Virus record (IMG/VR): IMGVR_UViG_3300045009_000924
Location: 39,249 to 103,248 of that record
Strand: one strand, 5' to 3'
DNA: 64,000 nt
Source of the DNA: a virus
In this document: piece after piece, positions 8,948-18,638 of the stretch
Numbering within the stretch: the stretch's first letter is position 1
Layout of the letters: each line of letters starts with the position of its first letter
Notes under the pieces: generated by a model
The model's input: only the letters and a program-made list of their open reading frames with translations
Database searches by the model: none
Told to the model about the DNA's origin: nothing
Position numbers and translations under genes: made by a program

Positions 8948-11900
8948 ATGAAAAAAACACGTCACATTATTTCAGAGCGTCTATTCGCGCCCAAAAAATG
9001 CTGCGATGGACAAAATGAAAGAGCAATTGCATTTAAGAGGGCAATATATATTTCTGCTAAAACAGAAATATTGAATCCCGATATAGCCGTAAAAGCAGCA
9101 ATGTCGATTGGCGATTCCTACGGCGGAGGAGAAAAAAGAACAACGTACGAAGATACGGATAATAGAAAAAGAGATTTCAGCGGAGATTTGCCGCCAGGTT
9201 TAGAAAAAGATGAATTGGGAAATATTTGGGACAAAAATAAAAAATACACACCGGGTGACAGGCTTGTTCTTTTCCCGAATAGATTAACAAGAAACAGATT
9301 ACCACAGACTCCAAATTTTGGTTGGATTTCTCCACCCGCTCAAAAAAATGTTGAAAAATCAGAAGAAAATGAACCAGTCATTGTATTAAAAAAATACAAA
9401 GTAAATCCAAAAACTGACGACATAATTCCATCAACTGAAAAAATTTTAAATCCCCTAAATCATTCTTCCGGCGACAGCATGGATGACTTTATAAACGGAA
9501 TTACAAAAAGTAATAAAATAAATACGAAAATACTCCCTGGCAGACCCCTGAAAGACAGAATACCGGGAGGAAGGCTCATTGCCAGAGCAGCCGCAATGAT
9601 TGGCATAATAACAGACGCAAATAATAAATTTAGATGCCCACCGGGAACTCCAGCAGCAAATCAATTCACCGATATGCGTGGAACAACTTGTTTTGGATTT
9701 AGTGCATCAAGGTTTGCAAAATTTGCCGCAGAAAAAGCCGTAGAACTAACCGACGCAGGAGAATTGCAAGGTTTTAAGCGATTCGTAAGTAGGGCCATGA
9801 ACTGGGTTAATGGTGGCTCATGGGATGACGACCAAGGAATAAGCAACCTTCCAGTCAACAGACCTATTGAATACTTTTTTGGAAGAACACCAGGTTTCGA
9901 CCCCGTCACGGGAACAACCGCAAGACCGGACTGGGCATCTGCCGATGTGCCAGATTCTGCTGGCGGCAGAACTTTTAAAAACACAATGATTGAAGGTCAA
10001 AGAAGAATTGATGAAGCAAAAAAAATAGTAGATGATTTAATGTCATCACTTGGCGTGGATACTTCTGCTCCAGCAAGGGAAAACAACTCCGATATATATG
10101 AAACTTTTGACAGACTCAAGGAAAACGGACAGTGGGATGTTCAAATAGAAAGACTAGATGACAACGAAGTTAGAGCATTGGTTGTAAAAGAACTGAGGAG
10201 AAGATTTAGAGCCTTAAAAGCATCAGGAGAAACAACACTAACATTCGACTCCCTGCCACCAGAAATAAAAGAAAGCTTAATTAAATCCGAAACAGCAAGA
10301 TTCAGAGTTACGGAAAGAGCTGTTGCCAGCACCATTCTTGAACAATTTGCGTTAATGCCAGAACATATGAAAAAAATAAAAACTATTCGTTTAACAAAAA
10401 ATGAACCTGGCACAAAACATCCGGATGAAGGTTCTTTCGGATTTATGCAAAACGCAGAAACGGGAGAAATAGCATCTTCGATATTTTTTAATTTTGACAC
10501 GATTTTAGAAAATCAAACAAAGAATGTTCCTGGAATAAAATTTGACGAAAGACTTTTGGTGACAGCAATTGATGGAATGTCTGATGCCGAAAGGGCTGAA
10601 GCAGTAGCAGATTTTATAACAAGTGCAAATGATTTTGCAAAAAATAGAGCCTCACTTGTTTCTGGAGTTGAATCATTTTCCAGATTTATAGCTTTGCACG
10701 AAATAGGTCACTCTATTCAGGGCGAAGCGTTTGTTGCGTATTTGAAACGCAACTTTGACGAAACTGGAAAACTTGAATTTGTTGATTCGGCAGGAAAATT
10801 GCGCTCATTTACATCAATTACAGAAATGACAGCCAGTGATTTTAACAGCGCTCTCGTGGCGTTTTCGCGAGATGCGATTGAGTCAAACCCCGCATTAAAA
10901 GAACAATTATTAAAACTTGCCGATGTTTACGGCAAATACCCCCGTGGATACCTTGATAACGGAGGGAGTGGATTTTTTCTTTTAGAAGCCCAAGCAGAGA
11001 TGTGGGCTATGCGAGAAATGGGATTAATACATGGTGATGATATTGACCTCGCGCTCTCCTCAATGGACGAATACGAAAACGCAGAACTAAGAAAACAAAG
11101 GCTCAAAAAAGCATCTTCCATTGTCGAAGAATCAAAAGAAAAAAGAAAAATAGAAAGCATGAAGAGGCCGTGGGAAAAAACAGATAAACAAATAGATTCT
11201 GATATGAAAAAAATTAAAGACAGAATTAAGGACAGAGAGGGAACTGATAATTCAGATTTATTGAATATCGCCGCAGTGGCCGAACTTGAGATGGATGATG
11301 CCAAAAATAATTACGACTTGGCGAGTAAGGAATATGACAGAATCAAAGAAGCAATTGAAAAGGGTGAAGATGTTGACTTTGATTCGGCTTCAAAACTTGA
11401 TGTTTTGGCAAGCGCCAAGGAAAACGCTAAAAAAGATTTTGAATATTTTAAAAAAATAAGAGAAATGACTAAAAAAGAATGGATGAGCAGAAACACCATT
11501 GGCGACAGGGGGGCCTCAAGAGAGTTTGAGGATGCTCTTTACAAATTTAGAGAAGAAAAAGGAATTTTGAAAGGGTCAGAAAAAGCAGAAATTGTTGAAA
11601 AATTAAAAATACAAGAGCTAAAAGCTCAAGCAGAAAGACTTGACGACAAATCTCTGGTTGACGATTACACAAATATTATGTCCATTATCGACAAGGGTGA
11701 ATATTCTTCGCCAGAAGAATACGATGAGATGCTTAAACAAAGCGAAATACTGTTAGACGAATACATCAGAAGAGCCAGAGCTGCTGGTGATACAAGAAGA
11801 AAAAGCACAATACGAAAAAGTCTGCTTGAAAAAGTAGATGAAAAATCTTCTCCAAAATCCAAAAAAATTAAAAAATTTAAAAGCGGAGCAGATGCAAAAA

Positions 11901-14900
11901 ATCATGCTCAAAAAGAAAGAAAAAATCTTCGCAGAAAAATATCAAAAGAGCAAGCGCAGGCAGTTAGGGAAATGGGGGATTTCAAGTCGAATTCAATATC
12001 CAGAATTTTGCACCCAGAATCAAATGCACAATCCGGAAGAGCAATGAATAGGGCAAACGCAAGATTGCGAAGACTTGGCCTCGAGATAGATAAAAAAACA
12101 ACTTCCGACGGGTCAATGGAAGACCAAGTAAAAAATATTTTGATTCCAACCATGGAGGCCATGGACCTATCGTCGGCTTCCGAGCCATTCGAAATGGAAG
12201 CAATAATTGAATTAGAGCCAGGCGAATTAAGCGGAAAAGCATTGGGTAAAGAATTTGACCATAAGGGCTTTGTTAACGGAAGGGTAATCAGCAAAGGCCA
12301 TAAGAAGGGTGACGTCTCTAAAAAGAAAAATCCACAAACGGGCAAAAAGCAAAATCGAGTTATTGTGACCGTCAAGGAAGGTGACAGGGGGATATTCCCA
12401 TCGGCTGGAGCCGATGAAAAACAAATGTTTGTTATTCCGCCAGGAAAAATGAGGGTAATCGGGAGAGACCCAGATGGAACAGTAAGAGTTGAAATTTCTT
12501 CGCAAAAAGGTACGACCGAAGTTCTTGATGATTTGGCAAGGGATTTGGCAGAGGGTTCCGGTGATGCAATCTGGAGAAAATCAGCAGCTGCGAAAATCCA
12601 AAAAATTTCCGACAAAAGAGTCGTTGATGTTCCATCACGTCTTTCGTCTGGCAGAACGTCAGTATCAAAAGACAAAGAAGCAGTGTCCAGGGAGCTGGTT
12701 AAATCACTAAAAGATAAAGGCTCCACTTTTGGTTCATATTCAGAAGTTGACGACATGATGGACGAAATAAAAGACCCAGACAGCCCAATGTTTTTACTTA
12801 AAGGGGACACAGATGTAAAAATAAATAATTTAAGAACATATTTTGAACGCTCAGTGCCCAAGGGGGACAGAGAATCATTTATGAAACATTTCGAACAAAC
12901 TATGAGCGAAATAGAAAAACTCATAGACAGAAGTTCAACCAAGGGGAGCATGGGACAGGTAGAACCCCCAGAATTTGTTGTTAGAATCCAAAAAGAAATA
13001 GAAAAAAACCTTGTTAGGTTAACAACTAGAGATTTTTTGGGGAAAGACCCATACGGAGAACAACAATTCGTTGATGAAGATGGCGTTGAATATGGATGGG
13101 TAACGACAAGTCGGGGAGGCGGAAAGGGGCGTTGGGTTCCAACTGGAAGAACCGGACGAAAACCAACACCGTTTTTTCCTGTTCAAAAAATAGACAAAGA
13201 CGAACTCGACCCCAAAGTAGAAAATTTAATATCCACTTCCTCCACAAAAGAAATAGAAAAAATAATTGAGCAAGCAGCTATAAGATTTCACCAAGGTCTC
13301 GATTCGAGGCCAAGAGTACGAATGCGCGAATCAGAACTTGATGATTTTGCTGAAACTGGAAAAATAAGAGCAACAAAACGCACTGGCTCATCTGCTGTTT
13401 CGGGTATATCGAGAAGAACAGAAAGACTTTCATCTGGGGCTGAAAGAACATACAAACCGGGCGCAATAAAAGACGAAATTGAGTTTGCTGAAAAAGCTAA
13501 AGAAAAAATAATAGAACTTTATGAAAAAGTTGACCCCCCGGTAATTCCAGAAGGAACATCCCCGGCGGCAAGAGAAGAAATTAAGAGAAATCACCTAAAC
13601 AATTTTTTTGCCTCACTTACTGATGTTCAACTTTCAGCGATGGGCCTAGAAAAACTATACGACGAAAATGGAAATCCCAAAGTGAGCGTCACTACGGGTC
13701 AAATTGTTTTTGCAGTCAAAAACGCAGAAATGGCAATAGCAATGTTGGCAATGGGTCAGACTGTTCGGATTGACGACGGAAAGCGAAAAGATGAACCCAG
13801 AATGGTGGAAAATGCAGCAAATCAAATAAATAAACTTTTGAAAGACGTTAAAGACTCCAAAGGAATTTTGCAAACTATTGATTTATGTAGAGTTTATTCT
13901 GAGGGCGATAATGTTTGGTGCTCAGAAAATATAGGCGTTGATAGAAAAGAAATGCCACAGGTCGGCGGGATGGCAGCAGACCACCGAAGTCTTGCCATGA
14001 GATTGTGGAAGTCGCAATTCGCAACAGCAGAAACAATAAATGCTCACTTCGTAAACAGTGACGGCAAAAAACTTAAAAAAGAATTGAAAATCACAGAACA
14101 AATTAAAAAATTAAGACAAGATGGAAAAGTTGCGGAAGCGGATGAATTAGAAAAAGCATGGGGTCGACTTGAGGGAATATGCCATCAACATGATGGCGTT
14201 AGTTCAAAAAAATTAAACGGAAAAGATGAAATAAAAATAGAATACAAAATTGATGGTAAAAAAATAAAAGAAACCATCTCCCCGGAAGAAGCCAGAGCAG
14301 TAATGGAGCGTTTTGGGGTTAAATTAACCGGAAAAGATATAAAAGAACTTGGTGAAAGATGGAATCGAGAAGGAGAACTTAAAAAAATTAAAAGCATGCC
14401 CGATGGGGAAGAAAAAGAGAAATTACTCGAAAAATTTGTTGTTTTCCAACCGTTGAGCAAAGAAGAAAAAGAATTGTTTTTTAGTCATCTCGATTATCCA
14501 TATGTTGAGCCAGATGGACTTGACCAATTTATTGATTTCTTGGATTTGTTGAATGTGAAAGTCGATAGTGAAGAAATCGTTTCAGCAAAAACACTAAAAG
14601 CGTCACAACGGCAAATAGATGCTGGAAAAACCGACATGCTGGGCGAGGTGATGAAGTATGCACTTAAGGACATATTGAAAGAATATGAAAAAATACTTGA
14701 AACAGACGGAAAAGAAGCTGCAGATTTGTGGAGAGAAAATGAAATTGCGAAACTAAGAAGGGAACACGGTCTTTTCAAAAAAATTATTATTTCAAGCGAC
14801 GGATACATTGTTGATGGACACCACAGGGTGGTGGGAAGAGTTCTTTCTGATGCAGTTGAGGATAATCCACTTCTTCAACTTGGGATGACGATAAGACGAG

Positions 14901-17458
14901 TCGACATGCCGATTGTTGAATTGTTAACTGTCTCTCGCGTATATCAGGACCATCTTGGTCTTAAGCCTGCAAGCTTGGAAAAGGGTGCTCCAGAAACATA
15001 TATCGAACAAGGAATAGATGCAATCCAAGAAATCGACAAAGACACCATTGACGCCATGCACGGCAAGCTTCTTTTTGAACTCGATGACAGACTGGCAGAT
15101 ATTTACGACAAGGGAACATTTATCCAAGTTGAATCAGTTGGCCTACGCCAAAAAAGCAGCGAATATGTGGACGCATTACTAGAAAAACGAAGAGTAGCTT
15201 CACTAAAGACACGCTTTAGAAGGAAAAAATCACCCGGAACGCCAGTCGAAGAATTCGAAGAAAAGGTAAAACAGCGTTCACAAAAAGGAGAATTGGTCGA
15301 AAGTGGTTCGGGAAGGCTTTCCTCTGGGGCCGAAAAACAGTTGGATGCGGGGGAAGTAGCAAAACAATTACGGCCCATTGATTACATTTCAAAGCGAGTC
15401 AAACTTGAAAAATCAATAGACAAAGAATTTAAAAATTCCGTCGATTCTGTTTTCCAAAAGATAAACAAACTTTCAGCATCTGAAATATATGGAGCAAAAA
15501 GTAAATACATTGGAAATAAACAATTCAATGAATACGCAGAAAAATTCATAAAAAGCTTACCCGGCACCATTCCGGAAGAAGAAATCAGCAATTTTAGAAA
15601 ACTAACTAAAGCTGTTGGAGAATTGGTTGATAAATATGCAGAAAGCAAAACCATGAGAACTGGAACAAAATCTGCAGCAAGAATGATTATTACCGCATTA
15701 AAAATAATTCTCGACAATAAATATTTTAATAATTCGATGTCGGCGATTATGGTGCCGGGCACTGGCGGGCAAGGGGCTTTTACTTTTCTTGATGCATGGA
15801 TTGACACCGGCGCAAGAGAAATCTCCAAATCCGAAGGTATTAAATCAGTAATTGACATGTTGGTGATTGCGGCGGTCCTTGGAATATCGAGGGGACCCAG
15901 AGCCACCAAATTACTTAAAAAATATTTTAAGAAAGATAAAAAAGATAAATCTCCATCAGATTCCGGTCAAAGACTATCTTCCGGTTTGGCTCCACCTGGA
16001 AAAAGAAATGCGTTGAATTCAGCACAAAAAATTTTGAAGAAAACAAATATCAATTCAGAATCTTCAGAAAAAATAATGTTTGCCTACTCCGGAATTTTAA
16101 ATTATGAAAAAGGTTCCACAAATACGGAATTAGAAACAATGGCTCGCCGAGTAAAATTCAACTCTGGTGAAACAATAACAAAAATGATGATGGAAAAACT
16201 TGTTGACGCAGACAAAATAACAGAAGAACAAAAAACAGTAATGATAGAAAAACTCGGATTAAATATAAACGATTTTGATGGAATGGAGTCTAAATCGAAA
16301 GCAATCAAAAATGCATTCAATGATGGCATCGATGCTTTGGATTTTTACATAACAAACCAAGACAAAGAAGAATATTCCGGGAGAAAAGTTGGATATGGCT
16401 ATGCAAAAAGAAAATTCGGGCCGGATGAATTTGATATAGATGAAGAAGATGTCTCAACGAACATGTCCCTTTCTGCCCTGAGAAGAGGATATTGGGCGGA
16501 TAATGGATTAAACGAAAATATTCAAGATGATGAAATGCCAGTATCTGGCTACCTTATTCACAATTCACAAATTGAAGCAAAGAAAAAAATGATTAAAAAG
16601 AATGGTTCAATAAACATCGACGATGACGCAATATTTGAAATTGGAGATAGTGATATTTTCGGTGATGGCCTAACAGCACAGGGAGAGATAGAAGTTGTGT
16701 TGTCTCCAGAGGTTTCGTCAAGAACTGCTTACGGAAGGGGTTCAGCGCTAAAAAATGGACAAAAACCAGTATCGATGAGGTCTGCATCAAGAAGAGATAT
16801 AGCACAAGCGCTAGTTGGCTCAAATCAATCGATGGATACACAGGCGGCAATAAATATGCTGGCGGCTTCATTTGATAATGATTTTTCCGCAGTTGCGTCC
16901 AGGAAGCCGAGCGGCTCAAGATATAAACAGATTGGTCAATCAATTCCAGAAGATTTCGAACATGAACAAATACAGGCACACATTCTCGGGGGATTTGATA
17001 AAGACGAAGTCGAATCAATCAATTACCCATTTTCAAAAATCCAAAAACTTTCTCAAAAGGAAGACTTAAAAGATATAGCAGATGAAAAATCAATAGCAGC
17101 GATGCTGAGAAAAGCCGGTTTCACGGAAGCGGAAATAAAATATTTTTATTCAATATCTGATGGAAAACCGTTTAACACACAAAGCATGCAGGCGTTGAAG
17201 TCATATCGCGCAGCTCAAAAAATAAGAGAAAAATATAAAAGACAAGGATTCAATAAAATTAATTTTGCTCACCCACAAGGAATCAATATCGACAATCCGG
17301 CCACATACAACATAAATGCCACACCTAGTCAATCAGTTGAGGAAGTTCTTAAGAAAAATATTGCAAAAGAAATAGCAGAACAAGCAAAAAGGGTTTTGAG
17401 AGAAATGAGGAGCAATACAATTCCCAACTTTGAGATTTTGACTGGGAGAAAAAAATGA
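8948..17458 (+). CDS. Giant polyvalent protein B (2836 aa): zincin peptidase, degenerate VIP2-like ART, ParB/Srx-like and DUF3626-like modules
   Basis: HEIGH (10697-10711) with downstream EAQAE. LKASQ...YIVDGHHR (14813-14827). PVSGYL...GEIEVVL..EVSSRT...QAHILGG (16538-~16993). Four RLSSG linkers. Confidence 0.75.
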   Translation: MKKTRHIISERLFAPKKCCDGQNERAIAFKRAIYISAKTEILNPDIAVKAAMSIGDSYGGGEKRTTYEDTDNRKRDFSGDLPPGLEKDELGNIWDKNKKYTPGDRLVLFPNRLTRNRLPQTPNFGWISPPAQKNVEKSEENEPVIVLKKYKVNPKTDDIIPSTEKILNPLNHSSGDSMDDFINGITKSNKINTKILPGRPLKDRIPGGRLIARAAAMIGIITDANNKFRCPPGTPAANQFTDMRGTTCFGFSASRFAKFAAEKAVELTDAGELQGFKRFVSRAMNWVNGGSWDDDQGISNLPVNRPIEYFFGRTPGFDPVTGTTARPDWASADVPDSAGGRTFKNTMIEGQRRIDEAKKIVDDLMSSLGVDTSAPARENNSDIYETFDRLKENGQWDVQIERLDDNEVRALVVKELRRRFRALKASGETTLTFDSLPPEIKESLIKSETARFRVTERAVASTILEQFALMPEHMKKIKTIRLTKNEPGTKHPDEGSFGFMQNAETGEIASSIFFNFDTILENQTKNVPGIKFDERLLVTAIDGMSDAERAEAVADFITSANDFAKNRASLVSGVESFSRFIALHEIGHSIQGEAFVAYLKRNFDETGKLEFVDSAGKLRSFTSITEMTASDFNSALVAFSRDAIESNPALKEQLLKLADVYGKYPRGYLDNGGSGFFLLEAQAEMWAMREMGLIHGDDIDLALSSMDEYENAELRKQRLKKASSIVEESKEKRKIESMKRPWEKTDKQIDSDMKKIKDRIKDREGTDNSDLLNIAAVAELEMDDAKNNYDLASKEYDRIKEAIEKGEDVDFDSASKLDVLASAKENAKKDFEYFKKIREMTKKEWMSRNTIGDRGASREFEDALYKFREEKGILKGSEKAEIVEKLKIQELKAQAERLDDKSLVDDYTNIMSIIDKGEYSSPEEYDEMLKQSEILLDEYIRRARAAGDTRRKSTIRKSLLEKVDEKSSPKSKKIKKFKSGADAKNHAQKERKNLRRKISKEQAQAVREMGDFKSNSISRILHPESNAQSGRAMNRANARLRRLGLEIDKKTTSDGSMEDQVKNILIPTMEAMDLSSASEPFEMEAIIELEPGELSGKALGKEFDHKGFVNGRVISKGHKKGDVSKKKNPQTGKKQNRVIVTVKEGDRGIFPSAGADEKQMFVIPPGKMRVIGRDPDGTVRVEISSQKGTTEVLDDLARDLAEGSGDAIWRKSAAAKIQKISDKRVVDVPSRLSSGRTSVSKDKEAVSRELVKSLKDKGSTFGSYSEVDDMMDEIKDPDSPMFLLKGDTDVKINNLRTYFERSVPKGDRESFMKHFEQTMSEIEKLIDRSSTKGSMGQVEPPEFVVRIQKEIEKNLVRLTTRDFLGKDPYGEQQFVDEDGVEYGWVTTSRGGGKGRWVPTGRTGRKPTPFFPVQKIDKDELDPKVENLISTSSTKEIEKIIEQAAIRFHQGLDSRPRVRMRESELDDFAETGKIRATKRTGSSAVSGISRRTERLSSGAERTYKPGAIKDEIEFAEKAKEKIIELYEKVDPPVIPEGTSPAAREEIKRNHLNNFFASLTDVQLSAMGLEKLYDENGNPKVSVTTGQIVFAVKNAEMAIAMLAMGQTVRIDDGKRKDEPRMVENAANQINKLLKDVKDSKGILQTIDLCRVYSEGDNVWCSENIGVDRKEMPQVGGMAADHRSLAMRLWKSQFATAETINAHFVNSDGKKLKKELKITEQIKKLRQDGKVAEADELEKAWGRLEGICHQHDGVSSKKLNGKDEIKIEYKIDGKKIKETISPEEARAVMERFGVKLTGKDIKELGERWNREGELKKIKSMPDGEEKEKLLEKFVVFQPLSKEEKELFFSHLDYPYVEPDGLDQFIDFLDLLNVKVDSEEIVSAKTLKASQRQIDAGKTDMLGEVMKYALKDILKEYEKILETDGKEAADLWRENEIAKLRREHGLFKKIIISSDGYIVDGHHRVVGRVLSDAVEDNPLLQLGMTIRRVDMPIVELLTVSRVYQDHLGLKPASLEKGAPETYIEQGIDAIQEIDKDTIDAMHGKLLFELDDRLADIYDKGTFIQVESVGLRQKSSEYVDALLEKRRVASLKTRFRRKKSPGTPVEEFEEKVKQRSQKGELVESGSGRLSSGAEKQLDAGEVAKQLRPIDYISKRVKLEKSIDKEFKNSVDSVFQKINKLSASEIYGAKSKYIGNKQFNEYAEKFIKSLPGTIPEEEISNFRKLTKAVGELVDKYAESKTMRTGTKSAARMIITALKIILDNKYFNNSMSAIMVPGTGGQGAFTFLDAWIDTGAREISKSEGIKSVIDMLVIAAVLGISRGPRATKLLKKYFKKDKKDKSPSDSGQRLSSGLAPPGKRNALNSAQKILKKTNINSESSEKIMFAYSGILNYEKGSTNTELETMARRVKFNSGETITKMMMEKLVDADKITEEQKTVMIEKLGLNINDFDGMESKSKAIKNAFNDGIDALDFYITNQDKEEYSGRKVGYGYAKRKFGPDEFDIDEEDVSTNMSLSALRRGYWADNGLNENIQDDEMPVSGYLIHNSQIEAKKKMIKKNGSINIDDDAIFEIGDSDIFGDGLTAQGEIEVVLSPEVSSRTAYGRGSALKNGQKPVSMRSASRRDIAQALVGSNQSMDTQAAINMLAASFDNDFSAVASRKPSGSRYKQIGQSIPEDFEHEQIQAHILGGFDKDEVESINYPFSKIQKLSQKEDLKDIADEKSIAAMLRKAGFTEAEIKYFYSISDGKPFNTQSMQALKSYRAAQKIREKYKRQGFNKINFAHPQGINIDNPATYNINATPSQSVEEVLKKNIAKEIAEQAKRVLREMRSNTIPNFEILTGRKK

Positions 17459-17979
17459 GAGCAATACTTGTTGCGGCAGTCGAGGATGACAAAATCTATT
17501 ACGACCTAGATGCAAAAAATGAACAAAAAGATGCAATTTTGGTTAGGCCAGATGGGTCAATGGTAAAAGTAGATTTTTTTGATTTTGCCAATTCTTGTGG
17601 CGGTCTATTAAAAATAAGAACTTCTAAATTTCATAAATTCATGTGGGATGGTGCGGCAGGGAAAAAAGCAAACCTTTGGAAAAGTGTTTTTATTGATAAA
17701 ACGAAAGATGTGAGCGAGTCGGTCTTGGAAAATGTCGATGTGTTTGAGTCTTTGGGCAAAAACAGAAAAAAAATGCTGAAAACTGATAAAAAAGCAAAAG
17801 CTTTCAAAAAAACAGTTGACAAAAAATCAAAACAAAAGGTGCAGACAAAATCTGCGCAGCCCTGCTGCGATAACGAAATGGTAAAGTTTGATATGAAGAA
17901 TCTTGTTTTCGGGGATGCCCAAACAAGAAAGCAAGCATGGACAGCCATGATTCTCCTTCGCCAATTGGAAAGTAATTAA
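17455..17979 (+). CDS. Hypothetical protein
   Basis: ATGA overlap with the upstream stop codon; same operon. Confidence 0.75.
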   Translation: MRAILVAAVEDDKIYYDLDAKNEQKDAILVRPDGSMVKVDFFDFANSCGGLLKIRTSKFHKFMWDGAAGKKANLWKSVFIDKTKDVSESVLENVDVFESLGKNRKKMLKTDKKAKAFKKTVDKKSKQKVQTKSAQPCCDNEMVKFDMKNLVFGDAQTRKQAWTAMILLRQLESN

Positions 17980-17981
17980 AA

Positions 17982-18638
17982 ATGAAAGAAAATTTAATAA
18001 AAGCCGACCCACTTGGTGGAATAATTCCGCAAGAGCTCATAACCGGAGACATCTTGCGCGGATATGGGCCTCGCAGGGGAAATTTGGAAAGACTGTTGCG
18101 CTATTGGCGACCAATCATGAGAAAACCTGGCGGATTTAGAAGATGCAGATTGATACTTGCAAATCACCCAGAACTGTACCCATTAAACAATATTTGTGCA
18201 TGGCTCCATCACGAAGTAACTGGTGTTTGGCCAAACGAGGGGTGCCATCATCCCGGCATGAGAAATTGCAGAGGAAAACTTCGCAAATTGATGAATTGGA
18301 ACGACAGTCAATTTTCTTCATATATAAGAAGTGGTTTTAAAAAGAAGCCAAAAAATCTGATGCGAAACGCAAAAGATTTGTCTATTGAGGATGATGAGGT
18401 TTTCTTTTATGAATATATCAACCCATCCGTCAAGTCGGACGAACAAAACGTGGTAACAGAGGAGGACGCCAATCATGCAATAAATGTTCTTTTTGATTTT
18501 ATCGAAATGGAAAAAAAATTTATTGATTATTTAAGAAATGATGATAACTGGGAACAGGTGGGGGAAGGGAACAACGGAGAAATGAAATCTTCTCCAAGAA
18601 TCAAAACAAAATCTTTGGAAGAGGAATGCTGTGGATAA
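17982..18638 (+). CDS. Putative head-associated protein (GGFRRC...CAWLHH..TGVWP motif)
   Basis: Tightly coupled ORF. The Cys/His motif resembles one I recall from actinophage head-region proteins. Confidence 0.6.
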   Translation: MKENLIKADPLGGIIPQELITGDILRGYGPRRGNLERLLRYWRPIMRKPGGFRRCRLILANHPELYPLNNICAWLHHEVTGVWPNEGCHHPGMRNCRGKLRKLMNWNDSQFSSYIRSGFKKKPKNLMRNAKDLSIEDDEVFFYEYINPSVKSDEQNVVTEEDANHAINVLFDFIEMEKKFIDYLRNDDNWEQVGEGNNGEMKSSPRIKTKSLEEECCG

